A stretch of DNA of 27,715 nt, from contig JAXDQU010000055.1 in NCBI GenBank assembly GCA_034667685.1, positions 1 through 27,715 of the forward strand, read 5' to 3'. Source of the stretch: Thermoplasmata archaeon. Lineage in GTDB: Archaea; Thermoplasmatota; SW-10-69-26; JACQPN01; JAJPHT01. Positions within the stretch are counted from its first letter, which is position 1; each line of letters starts with the position of its first letter. A program made the position numbers and the translations under genes. The notes under the pieces were generated by a model, which was not told the DNA's origin, searched no databases, and was given only the letters and a program-made list of their open reading frames with translations. Shown one piece after another: positions 17,054-25,364 of this stretch.

Positions 17054-17960
17054 GGACGTCCCCCGTCGTCGTGCGCGCTCCGACCACGACCTGCGTCGGC
17101 TTGGTGGCGAAGCCTTGCGTGCGGACGTGCGCGTGGCCCTCCGAGCGCTCGTCGACCTCCGCGTTGCCCAGGCTGATCGAGACGTCGCCGGTCGTCGCGT
17201 CGCCGCGCGCGTCGTAGCCCACGTCCGCGCGCCGCGGCAGGTGGAGCGTCACGTCGCCCGTCGTGGAGCGCAGCGTCACGTTGCCCGGCGTCACGGAGTC
17301 GAGCCCCACGTCCTGGTCGCCCGTCGTCGTGCCCACGGTCAGGTTCCCTTGGAGGTCGACTTTGGCGAGCCGCACGTCGCCCGTCGTGGTGTGGACGTCC
17401 GCGTTCCCCAGGAGCACGCCGGTCACGCCGACGTCGCCGGTCGTGGTCGTCACGGTCGCGTTGAGCGGCGCGCTGATGGGAAGCAGCACCTCCACGTCGG
17501 CGCTCGCGCCGGAGAGCCCGAATAGCCCGCGCGACTCGCCGAGGCGCGCGACCCACGCGTCGAGGTCGGAGCCGTGGAGCGCGACCCGCACCTCGCTGGC
17601 GTCCAGCGCGCCGCCCGCGCGTCCCACGATGGTGAACGTCACGTGCGCCTTCGCGTCGGGCGAGGCGCCGAGCGTGATATCACCGACCGTCGCGCACGCG
17701 AGGAGCCGCGCGCCCGTGGCGTTGGCGAGCCCGTCGACGTCGAAGGTCACGGTGCGCGCCGGCCGCCCGTTCACGGTGCCATTCTGCGTGCGCGCGGGCA
17801 AAAGCTCGTGGCCGGCGGAGCCCGCGGGCGCGGCGCAGGCGTCGCGCGACGCGAAGCCGAACGCGGCGCGGTCCGCGGCGAAGGCGCCCACGCCCAGCGC
17901 GAGGAGCGCGACGGCGACGACCACGGCGACGACGAAAGGACGCGACCCGACGAAGCCCAT
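17037..17960 (-). CDS. DUF4097 beta-strand repeat (adhesin-like) protein
   Basis: N-terminal TM or signal segment; six TTGDV/TTGDQ repeats; GGGTGA RBS. Confidence 0.82.
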   Translation of the reverse strand: MGFVGSRPFVVAVVVAVALLALGVGAFAADRAAFGFASRDACAAPAGSAGHELLPARTQNGTVNGRPARTVTFDVDGLANATGARLLACATVGDITLGASPDAKAHVTFTIVGRAGGALDASEVRVALHGSDLDAWVARLGESRGLFGLSGASADVEVLLPISAPLNATVTTTTGDVGVTGVLLGNADVHTTTGDVRLAKVDLQGNLTVGTTTGDQDVGLDSVTPGNVTLRSTTGDVTLHLPRRADVGYDARGDATTGDVSISLGNAEVDERSEGHAHVRTQGFATKPTQVVVGARTTTGDVHVSLA

Positions 17961-17964
17961 GATA

Positions 17965-18222
17965 TCACCCCTTCAGGCCGCGGCGCACGGCGTCGCGGGC
18001 GGCTTCCAGCGTGAGGCGCGATTGCGCCAGCGCGCGGGCCGTCTCGGTGTTCAGGCGCTCCAGCTCCAGCGCGGGGTCGGGCCCGGGCGGGGGCGCGGCG
18101 GCCAGCTCCCTGCGAAGCTCGCCGGCGCGCCACACCTCCCAGGCGATCCAGAAGCCGGAGGCCGCGAGAAGCGCGAAGGGGACGAGGAAGCTCAGGAGGT
18201 CGAGCGCGTCGAGGACGTCCAC
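17965..18222 (-). CDS. Small membrane protein with coiled-coil tail
   Basis: One TM helix then an amphipathic helix; tightly packed in the operon. Confidence 0.6.
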   Translation of the reverse strand: MDVLDALDLLSFLVPFALLAASGFWIAWEVWRAGELRRELAAAPPPGPDPALELERLNTETARALAQSRLTLEAARDAVRRGLKG

Positions 18223-18225
18223 GGC

Positions 18226-18453
18226 TCACACCTCGCGCAGCAGGCGCTCGATCTCCTTGAGCGTCGCGTTCATGCGCTGCGTCTCTTCGAGCACGAGGCG
18301 CTGCCCGCGCACGGCCTCCTCGGCCAGCCTCCGGTAGTCGCCCCCTCCGCCCGCCTCGACCTTGATGCGCTCGTGGCGGAAGTAGAGCACGATCCCCACG
18401 AGAAGCGGGATGCTCAGGAAGATCACGATGGGGATCCAGGCTCCGTCGACCAT
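18226..18453 (-). CDS. Small membrane protein with coiled-coil tail
   Basis: TM helix then DYRRLAEEAV...LKEIERLLREV; its start abuts the ArsR stop codon. Confidence 0.72.
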   Translation of the reverse strand: MVDGAWIPIVIFLSIPLLVGIVLYFRHERIKVEAGGGGDYRRLAEEAVRGQRLVLEETQRMNATLKEIERLLREV

Positions 18454-18756
18454 CTAGAGCCCCCCGCGCTTCATCGCGGCGGCGATGGTCTGGGCGGTCA
18501 GTCGGATGTCGAAGCCGGTCAGTTCGTAGTACTTCATCGCTTTCCCGTCCTGTGATAGCTCCAGGGCTCCGGTCACGAGGCCCGCCGCCTCCAGCTTCTC
18601 CAGGTGCATGTAGAGAAGGGGGCGGCTAAGCTCGAGGCGGCGCGCAAGCTCGCTGACGTACTCGCGCCCCTGGGCGAGGGCCGCGACGATGCGCAGCCGA
18701 TGCGGGTTCCCCAGGGCGTCCGCGATCGCGAGCAGGCTCTCCGCGTCGAGGGTCAT
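18454..18756 (-). CDS. ArsR/SmtB-family winged-helix regulator
   Basis: ALGNPHRLRIVAAL...YVSELARRLELSRPLLYMHLEKLEAAGLV...KYY. Confidence 0.9.
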   Translation of the reverse strand: MTLDAESLLAIADALGNPHRLRIVAALAQGREYVSELARRLELSRPLLYMHLEKLEAAGLVTGALELSQDGKAMKYYELTGFDIRLTAQTIAAAMKRGGL

Positions 18757-18758
18757 GG

Positions 18759-18784
18759 CACCTGTAAGATGGAGCTTACATGTG
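18759..18784. promoter_or_regulatory. Putative ArsR autoregulatory operator
   Basis: CAC-c-TGTAAG-N6-CTTACA-t-GTG palindrome starting 2 nt upstream of the ArsR ATG. Confidence 0.65.
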
Positions 18785-18830
18785 ACAGAAAAGGCTGTTG
18801 GTCGGTTCGTTGAACAAGGGAACTCGGCCG

Positions 18831-19405
18831 CGTCAACACGAAGAGCACGAAGTCACGAAGGCACGAAGACGAAATGCTCGGAGGGCTTTGCATCGGGGGC
18901 ATTCACATAGCGGCGGATGCCCTGGCGGAACAAGGGCGAGCGGAAGTTCACGAGAAACGCCAGCGGCAGGCCTGTGTGGCGGAGGTACGAGAGCACTTGG
19001 GCCTCCGCGTAGCGGAACGGCTCGGTGTTGGCCTTCACTTCGACCAGCACGCGTCGATCCACGATAAGGTCCGTCCGCAAGGCGCCCTCGATGCGCAGAC
19101 CCTCGTACTCCAGGGGAAAGCGGGTCTCCGCTTGGACCACGTGCCCGATGCGCCGGAGCGAGTGGGCCAGGAACTTCGCGTAGTGCCGCTCTCGAAGCGA
19201 TGGGCCAAGCGCCTTGTGCAGGCGGAAGCAGGCATCCACGACGCGCGCCGCGGTGCCCTCGGTCTCTGGGTCGGTCAGCGAGGTGGGCCGAAAAGGATCG
19301 GGCATCGACGATGCGTGGGCATCGGGATCATCAACCTTCTCCGGGAATCGTGCTACCCCGCCCTTCGCGCTCTTCGTGGCTTCGTGCTCTTCGTGTTGAC
19401 GTCGG
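18831..19405. mobile_element. GxxExxY nuclease element bounded by family A inverted repeat arrays
   Basis: Perfect 22-bp terminal inverted repeat cgtcaacacgaagagcacgaag at 18831-18852 and 19380-19401, extended inward by further CACGAAG units, enclosing only the nuclease gene and its upstream region. Mobility is inferred. Confidence 0.65.
18853..19305 (-). CDS. GxxExxY family PD-(D/E)XK nuclease-like protein
   Basis: LHKALGPSLRERHY (variant GxxExxY), RTDLIVDRRVLVEVK (D...ExK), AQVLSYL, LVNF, GIRRYV. Confidence 0.92.
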   Translation of the reverse strand: MPDPFRPTSLTDPETEGTAARVVDACFRLHKALGPSLRERHYAKFLAHSLRRIGHVVQAETRFPLEYEGLRIEGALRTDLIVDRRVLVEVKANTEPFRYAEAQVLSYLRHTGLPLAFLVNFRSPLFRQGIRRYVNAPDAKPSEHFVFVPS

Positions 19406-19422
19406 ACCGCGACTCTCCCAGG

Positions 19423-19854
19423 CTAGGCCCTGCAGCTCGCGCTCCCCGCATCCCGCATCGTGATCCCGTTCGTCCCGTCCACCGCGAACGTCGCCATCGC
19501 GAAGCCGTCCTGCCCGCACGCGCGGGTGTCGAGGCCGACGCGGCCGCTGGCGGCGGCGCCATTGATGGAGAACGTCGCGCGCACCTCGTAGCGCGCCGCC
19601 TTGAGGTTCACCACCGTCTTCTCGACGCTGCTGTGCGCGGGGACCTTGAACGACGAGGCGGCGATGGAGGCGCCCGACGAGTCGAAGATCGCGACGTTCG
19701 CCTGCACCTCGCTCCCGCCCGCGTTCTCCACGTGGACGAAGATCACCTGCGTGGGCGCGGCGGCGGAGAGCGGGCCGCCCGGGAACACGAGCGCCGCGCC
19801 CACCAGCGCGCCCGCCACGAAGGCGACGCCCGCGTACAGGAGCACCCGGTTCAC
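19423..19854 (-). CDS. Secreted or membrane-anchored small beta-rich protein
   Basis: GTG start inferred at 19854; hydrophobic N-terminus; two Cys near the C-terminus. Confidence 0.65.
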   Translation of the reverse strand: MNRVLLYAGVAFVAGALVGAALVFPGGPLSAAAPTQVIFVHVENAGGSEVQANVAIFDSSGASIAASSFKVPAHSSVEKTVVNLKAARYEVRATFSINGAAASGRVGLDTRACGQDGFAMATFAVDGTNGITMRDAGSASCRA

Positions 19855-19880
19855 GACGGCGCAGACGAGGCGCGGCTCTT

Positions 19881-21635
19881 CTAGATATCCACGCCGACGC
19901 CCGCCGCCCCGTCCACCCACGTCGCGCCGTCCGCGCGCGAGCCCAGCGTGGGCGCCGGCGCCTGGTGGCGGTCCTGCCCGCCCTCGTCGAGGAGCACGCC
20001 GACGCTCGCGCCACCGTACCCCTGCGCCCACTGGGCCGCGGTGTACGCGTCGTCGCCCGCGCGGTCGTCGAGGATCGCGAGCGCGGGGCCCGGCGGCGTG
20101 GCGAGGCCGTACGCGGCGCCTTGTCCCGTCGCTAGCTGGCCGATCCCGGCGACGTTGCCCGGCTCGACCTCGGGGCCGAGCGTGTACGCGTCGTCGCCGC
20201 CCTGCTCCAGGAGCAGCGTGAGGGCGCCCACGCCCGCCGCGCCCTGGCCGCCCTGCCGGACGTGCGGGCCCATGAAGTACGAATCGTGGCCGCCCTCCTC
20301 GTCGAGGATCGCGGTGCCGTCCGCCTCCGCGCTGATCTCGATGGGGCCCGCGAAGACGCCGAGGTCCGAGCCCAGGAGGCTGATCGACGTCTCGTTGGCG
20401 GTGTAGGTGTCGTCGCCGCCGCGCTCCAGCATCAGGCCGATGCCCTCCGCGCCGCCGTAGATGAAGCCGTCGAGCCCGTCCTGCTGATAGCGATCGTCCC
20501 CGCCCTCGTCCACGAGGATGCCCGCGCCGCCCACCGCGCTGGCCTTCGTGGCGATGCTGCCCACGCTCGTGGAGAGGTCGGTGGCGATCGGGCCGCTCGG
20601 GCTCTCGTAGATATCATTCCCGGCGCCTGCGTCGTCGAGCATGCCGAAGCCGACGTTGCCCGAGCCCTGGCCGAACTGCGAGACGTTGTAGAGGTCGCTG
20701 CCGCCCGCATCGTAGAGGATGCCGGCGCTCGCGAGCGCGGCGCCCTGCGCGACGCCGTAGGCGCGGTACGTGTCGTCGCCCGCGCCCAGGTCCAAGGCGA
20801 GGGCCGGGAGCGCCGCCGCGCCGCCCGCGTTGTCGAGGTACGTGTCGGAGCCGCCCTGGTCCACCTGCAGGACGTACGTGTCGGTGTACGTGTCGTCGCA
20901 CGCGCCGCCGATCACGATGAACGGCAGGTCGAGCATGCGGTCGCACGAGGCGGTCGTCGCGGGCGCCTGGAAGTGAGACACCGCGTGCGCCAACGGCATC
21001 GCGGCCGCGGAGATGGCGGCGCGGTCCACGCGCGCGAGCGCGGCCCGGTCGGCGGCCCACTGCGCCGCGGCCGCGGGCGGAAGGCCCTGCGCGGGCGCGG
21101 TGCCCGCGAGGCTCACGAGCATCGCCGTGAGCGCGGGGTTCGCCAGCAACGTCGCGCGGTCCGAGGGCGAGACGATGCGCGCGCTCGCCAGCGCGGACGC
21201 CGTGGCCGCGTCGACGAGCGGCGTTATCGCATCGCGCCACGCCGGCGTCATCGCCGCGGTCTGCTCGTGCACGCGCGCCCGCAGCGCGTCGTCAACGGGC
21301 AGGCCGATGCCGTCATAGAGACGGAGGATCGCCGCTTCGAGGCTCGGGGACGCGGCGGCGACCGCGCCCGACGCCGCGGGGAATCCGCCCTCGCGCAGCG
21401 CGACCGCGGCCACCGCCTCGACGCCCGCCTGCCCGCGCGGCACCGCGTCGAGCTCCGCCTTCACGGCGTCGGCTTTCTCGCGCGCCACGACGACGCGGCA
21501 CGCGGCGTCCGGGCATGCGGCGGCGAGGGCGCGCGCATCCAAGGGCGGAGCGGCCGGCGCCAGGCGCAGCGCGGAAGCGCCCGAGGCGGCGAGGAGAAGA
21601 AGGGCGAGAAGGAGCGTGCGCGTGGCTGGGGACAC
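19881..21635 (-). CDS. Secreted protein with about 10 D/E-x-x-G-x-D-x-Y repeats (putative Ca-binding beta-solenoid)
   Basis: Signal peptide; DQGGSDTY, DLGAGDDTY, DAGGSDLY, DEGGDDRY, ERGGDDTY, EQGGDDAY, DRAGDDAY interleaved with GQG/AQG and G.L.D motifs. Confidence 0.8.
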   Translation of the reverse strand: MSPATRTLLLALLLLAASGASALRLAPAAPPLDARALAAACPDAACRVVVAREKADAVKAELDAVPRGQAGVEAVAAVALREGGFPAASGAVAAASPSLEAAILRLYDGIGLPVDDALRARVHEQTAAMTPAWRDAITPLVDAATASALASARIVSPSDRATLLANPALTAMLVSLAGTAPAQGLPPAAAAQWAADRAALARVDRAAISAAAMPLAHAVSHFQAPATTASCDRMLDLPFIVIGGACDDTYTDTYVLQVDQGGSDTYLDNAGGAAALPALALDLGAGDDTYRAYGVAQGAALASAGILYDAGGSDLYNVSQFGQGSGNVGFGMLDDAGAGNDIYESPSGPIATDLSTSVGSIATKASAVGGAGILVDEGGDDRYQQDGLDGFIYGGAEGIGLMLERGGDDTYTANETSISLLGSDLGVFAGPIEISAEADGTAILDEEGGHDSYFMGPHVRQGGQGAAGVGALTLLLEQGGDDAYTLGPEVEPGNVAGIGQLATGQGAAYGLATPPGPALAILDDRAGDDAYTAAQWAQGYGGASVGVLLDEGGQDRHQAPAPTLGSRADGATWVDGAAGVGVDI

Positions 21636-21708
21636 GGGGGATGCCTCCGCGCGGGCAGGGAGCGCGCGAGCGGTCAGCCTTCGCCCCGTCGCCAGGGTGA
21701 CAGACGCC

Positions 21709-22263
21709 TCAGTAGTGGTAGCTCTTGCCCACGTCCTCGGCGGTGAGCCCGAGGCCCGAGGCGAGGCGATTGGCGAAGCTGAAGTACGCCGCCACGAGCG
21801 TGATGTCGAGGATCGCGCGGTCGTCGAGGCCCGCCTTGCGGAGCTTCTCGACGTCGGCCTGCGCGACCTTGCCCGGCGTCTTCGTGAGCAGCGTGGCGTG
21901 GTCGGCGATGGCGCGCTCGCGCGGGGAGAGCGGCGCCTTCGTGTAGTCGGTGGCGACGAGCGCCTGGAGGCCGGGCTCCTCTGCGTGCCGGCCGAAGGCG
22001 TCGGCGTGGTGCGCGAGGCAGTACGCGCAGCCGTTGGCGCGGGAGACCACCGTCGCGATCAGCTCGCGCTCGCGCCGCGAAAGGGGGGAGTCGGCGAAAT
22101 GGATCGAGGAATAGAGCGCGAGGTGGGCGCTGGGCACGCCAGGATGGAGCCCGGTCACGGAGAAGATGTCTCCGACCGCGCCGCGCTCCTTCTCGATCTG
22201 CGCGTACTCCTCCTTGAGGGGCCCGCGCGCGTCCTGCTGCTCCACCTTGCGGATGAAGGCCAT
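21709..22263 (-). CDS. AhpD/CMD-family peroxidase-related enzyme
   Basis: LSRRERELIATVVSRANGCAYCLAHH and AAYFSFANRLASGLG; CTTAAG 25-30 nt upstream. Confidence 0.9.
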   Translation of the reverse strand: MAFIRKVEQQDARGPLKEEYAQIEKERGAVGDIFSVTGLHPGVPSAHLALYSSIHFADSPLSRRERELIATVVSRANGCAYCLAHHADAFGRHAEEPGLQALVATDYTKAPLSPRERAIADHATLLTKTPGKVAQADVEKLRKAGLDDRAILDITLVAAYFSFANRLASGLGLTAEDVGKSYHY

Positions 22264-22296
22264 GCGGCGCGCATCCCGCGCGCCCGTCTTAAGCCC

Positions 22297-22710
22297 TCAG
22301 TACTCGCCCTGGCCGCCCTTGGGCTGGCCGGGGTTCGTCGTGCTGCCGCCCACGGAGCCGACGTTGGTGCGCTGGGGCGAGCGCTGGCCGCCCTGGCTGA
22401 TCTGGGGCAGCTCCATGACGAGGTGCTGGACCTTCTGCACGTCCTCGCGGCCGTCGTCCGTGATGGTGTACTTGCTGCCGTTGTTCTTCAGGTGGCCGGT
22501 CTGGACGAGCGATTGGAGGCAGGTGTCGAGGTGCTGGCCGCCCATCTGGAGGTTGCCCTTGAACACGCTCTGGATGTTGTCCTTGCTGATCTCGCCCTGC
22601 TGGGCCTTGTTGAGGATCACGTACTGCATGATGGCCTGCTCGAAGAGCGGAACGAACTTCTGGTTGTTGCCGCCGCTCGTTCCCTGGTTGCCGGTGTTCG
22701 TGTTGACCAT
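22297..22710 (-). CDS. Winged-helix protein with Q/N/G-rich tails
   Basis: Core LDTCLQSLVQTGHLKNNGSKYTITDDGRE resembles a wHTH wing; low-complexity termini. Start inferred at ATG 22710. Confidence 0.7.
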   Translation of the reverse strand: MVNTNTGNQGTSGGNNQKFVPLFEQAIMQYVILNKAQQGEISKDNIQSVFKGNLQMGGQHLDTCLQSLVQTGHLKNNGSKYTITDDGREDVQKVQHLVMELPQISQGGQRSPQRTNVGSVGGSTTNPGQPKGGQGEY

Positions 22711-22827
22711 GTGGATCGCGGCCCACAAGCCGAGGGGGCGGGTTTGCTTCTTCTGGAACAACCTGGGGCACGCACTTTCGGCGAGCTGCTAGGCAAGGGC
22801 AAGCCTCGCGGCCGCGTCACGGGCAGC

Positions 22828-23001
22828 ATGCAGCACCTCGTCAGCGCGAAGGCCGTCGTGGGCGCCGGCGACGCAAGCGTCCTCCTGGAGGTCACAGGCC
22901 GCAGCGTCCGCATCAAGCGCCGCGGGCAGCCGGAGCTTCTCGTTCCCCTGGAGAGCGCGGCCGAGGTGGCGCGCTTCCTGCTCGCGGCGGCGCGCGCGTA
23001 A
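22828..23001 (+). CDS. Small hypothetical protein (57 aa)
   Basis: MQHLVSAKAVVGAGDASVLLEVTGRSVRIKRRGQPELLVPLESAAEVARFLLAAARA; good codon bias, fills the intergenic gap. Confidence 0.45.
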   Translation: MQHLVSAKAVVGAGDASVLLEVTGRSVRIKRRGQPELLVPLESAAEVARFLLAAARA

Positions 23002-23049
23002 GGCGACCTCCGGAATAGGGTTAAGCCGCCGAAGGTCGGATCGAGGCGC

Positions 23050-23253
23050 GTGCAGTACCAGGTCGTCCTCGAATACGACGCCGAGACGAAGCACTACACC
23101 GCTTCGGTTCCCGGGCTTCCGATCGTCGTGGACGCCAAGAGCAAGCGCGAGGCGCTCAAGCTCGCGCGCGAGGCCATCGCGTTCTTCCTGGAGTCGTCGG
23201 GCGTCCCGCCCCCCGCGGCCATCCATGCCGAGGTCGTGACGGTCAAGGTGTGA
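23050..23253 (+). CDS. hicB: HicB-family antitoxin (short UPF0150 type)
   Basis: YQVVLEYD...YTASVPGLP...A.SKREAL..AREAI.FFLE; GGTTAAG 25-30 nt upstream. Confidence 0.8.
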   Translation: MQYQVVLEYDAETKHYTASVPGLPIVVDAKSKREALKLAREAIAFFLESSGVPPPAAIHAEVVTVKV

Positions 23254-23297
23254 CGCAGCGCGCATAGCCTATTTGTGGCCGATCCACATCGCGCCCT

Positions 23298-25364
23298 GTG
23301 AAGCCTAAGGAGGAGATGTCGGCGCTCGACGTGCGCGCGTGCGTGCGCGAGCTGAAGGGCTTCCGCGGCGCGCGCCTCGACAAGGCGTACGAGATCGCGC
23401 CGGGCGAGCTGCTCCTGCGCTGGCGCGGCGGCCCGCCCGGCACGCCCCCGAAGAAGCTCGACCTCTCGATCCTCGTGGGCAAGGCGGTCCACTGGACGAC
23501 GCTGCCGCGCGAGGCGCCCGAGAAGCCCACGAGCTTCGTCATGAACCTCCGCAAGCACCTCGCGAACGCCTTCCTCGACGACGCGCGCCAGCACGGGTTC
23601 GACCGCGTCATCGAGCTGGTCTCGAACCGCAAGGACGGCAAATACGTCCTCGTGGTCGAGCTGTTCCACGACGGCAACGTCGTGCTCGTGAAGGACGACC
23701 GGATCCTCACGCCGCTCAACACGCAGAGCTGGGCCACGCGCGAGGTGCGCCCCGGCGCCGAGTGGGTGCCCGCGCCCGCGCGCCAGGACCCCAGCACGCT
23801 CTCCGCTGAGGAGTTCGCGGCGCGCGTGCGCGCGAGCAATGCGGACGCGGTGCGCACGCTCGCCACCGAGATGAACCTGGGCGGGCCGGTGGCCGAGGAG
23901 GTCTGCGCGCAGGCCGGCGTGCCCAAGAACCGGACCGTCGCGGAGCTTTCCGAGCGTGATATCACTGCGCTGCGCGAGGCCGTGAAGGCGCTCCTGGACC
24001 GCGTGGATGGAGGCGCGCTCGACCCCATCGTCGTCCTGGAGGGGGAGAAGAAGGTCGACGTCGCGCCCTTCCCGGTCGCCGCGCACGCGGGGCTCACGCT
24101 GCAGAGGTTCCCCACGTTCCACGAGGCATTGGACGCCTACTTCGGGCGCGCGAGCACGACGGAGCGCGTCGATCCGCGCCTGAAGAAGCTGGAGGCGGAG
24201 CGCGCGAAGGTGCAGCGCATGCTCGACGCGCAGGACGCGGCGCTCGTGAAGTTCGCGCGCGAGGAGACCGAGGCCAAGCGCAAGGCCGACCTCCTCTACG
24301 GCCACTTCGAGACCGTCAACCGCGTCACCAAGACGCTGTGGGACGCGGGCAAGAGCCTGGGCTGGAAGGCCGTGCAGGAGCGGCTCAAGGAGGGCAGGAA
24401 GGCCGGGAACCCCGAGGCCGTCCTCGTCGAGAGCCTCTCGCCCAACGAAGGGTTCGCGGTGCTTTCGCTCGAAGACCTCGACGGCAAGAAGGGGCGCGTG
24501 CGCGTGGACCTGCGCAAGACCGTGCAGGAGAACGCGGACCGCCAATACGAGACCGCGAAGAAGATGCGCGAGAAGACGAAGGGCGCGATCGCGGCGCGCG
24601 AGCGCACGCTGGTCAAGATGAAGGAGCTCGACGAGCGCGGCCTGGAGATCGTCGCCGCGCTCCAAGAGAAGGCGCAGCGCAAGAAGGCGACGAAGACGTT
24701 CTGGTTCGAGCAGTTCCGCTGGTTCTACACGAGCGACGGCCACCTCGTGCTCGCGGGGCGCGACGTGAAGAGCAACGAGCGCATCGTCGCGAAGCAATTG
24801 GAGGAGAACGATCGCTACCTGCACGCCGACGTCAGCGGCGCGCCTTCCACGGTGGTGAAGGCGAAGGACGGGACCGTCAGCGACCTGGCGCTCCAGGAGG
24901 CGGCGTGCTTCGCCGCGAGCAACAGCCGCATCTGGAACGCGGGCCACGCGGCGGGCGAGGCGTACTGGGTGACGCCCGCGCAGGTGAGCAAGACGCCCAA
25001 CCCCGGCGAGTTCGTGGCGAAGGGCTCGTTCATCATCCGCGGCAAGCGCAACTTCCTCCGGGTGCCCATCCGGCTCGCGCTCGGCGAAGTCGTGATCGGC
25101 CCCGAATTGCTGAAGGCCGATCACGATAGGCCGGATGCCGCAGCATCCGGCCGTGTCGAGATCGAAGGCCACCGCAAGGTCATGGGCGGCCCGGTCGCCG
25201 CGCTCGCCGCGCGCTCGCAGCGTTACCTCGTCGTGGAGCCGGGCGACACGGCCACGAACCAGGTCGCCAACGAGGTCGCGCAGGCGCTCGGCGTCAACGT
25301 CGAGGAGGCGCAGGCCGTGATGCCGCCCGGGCCGGTGCGCATCGTCGAGCGTCACGGGCTTTGA
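23298..25364 (+). CDS. rqcH: Ribosome rescue / quality-control factor Rqc2-RqcH (NFACT family)
   Basis: KEEMSALDV, FVMNLRKHL, QHGFDRVI, VELFHDGNV, coiled coils, WFEQFRWF, LAGRD..SNE..V.K, YLHADVSGAP, QVSKTP..GEF..KGSFIIRGKRNF. Confidence 0.93.
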   Translation: MKPKEEMSALDVRACVRELKGFRGARLDKAYEIAPGELLLRWRGGPPGTPPKKLDLSILVGKAVHWTTLPREAPEKPTSFVMNLRKHLANAFLDDARQHGFDRVIELVSNRKDGKYVLVVELFHDGNVVLVKDDRILTPLNTQSWATREVRPGAEWVPAPARQDPSTLSAEEFAARVRASNADAVRTLATEMNLGGPVAEEVCAQAGVPKNRTVAELSERDITALREAVKALLDRVDGGALDPIVVLEGEKKVDVAPFPVAAHAGLTLQRFPTFHEALDAYFGRASTTERVDPRLKKLEAERAKVQRMLDAQDAALVKFAREETEAKRKADLLYGHFETVNRVTKTLWDAGKSLGWKAVQERLKEGRKAGNPEAVLVESLSPNEGFAVLSLEDLDGKKGRVRVDLRKTVQENADRQYETAKKMREKTKGAIAARERTLVKMKELDERGLEIVAALQEKAQRKKATKTFWFEQFRWFYTSDGHLVLAGRDVKSNERIVAKQLEENDRYLHADVSGAPSTVVKAKDGTVSDLALQEAACFAASNSRIWNAGHAAGEAYWVTPAQVSKTPNPGEFVAKGSFIIRGKRNFLRVPIRLALGEVVIGPELLKADHDRPDAAASGRVEIEGHRKVMGGPVAALAARSQRYLVVEPGDTATNQVANEVAQALGVNVEEAQAVMPPGPVRIVERHGL

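Noticed and set aside
18824-19411. tcggccgcg / tcggaccgcg as a target-site duplication of the GxxExxY element
   Set aside because: The match is imperfect and overlaps the terminal repeat, and a similar tcggcccgc follows the gene-less copy at 1834, so it is more likely part of the element end.
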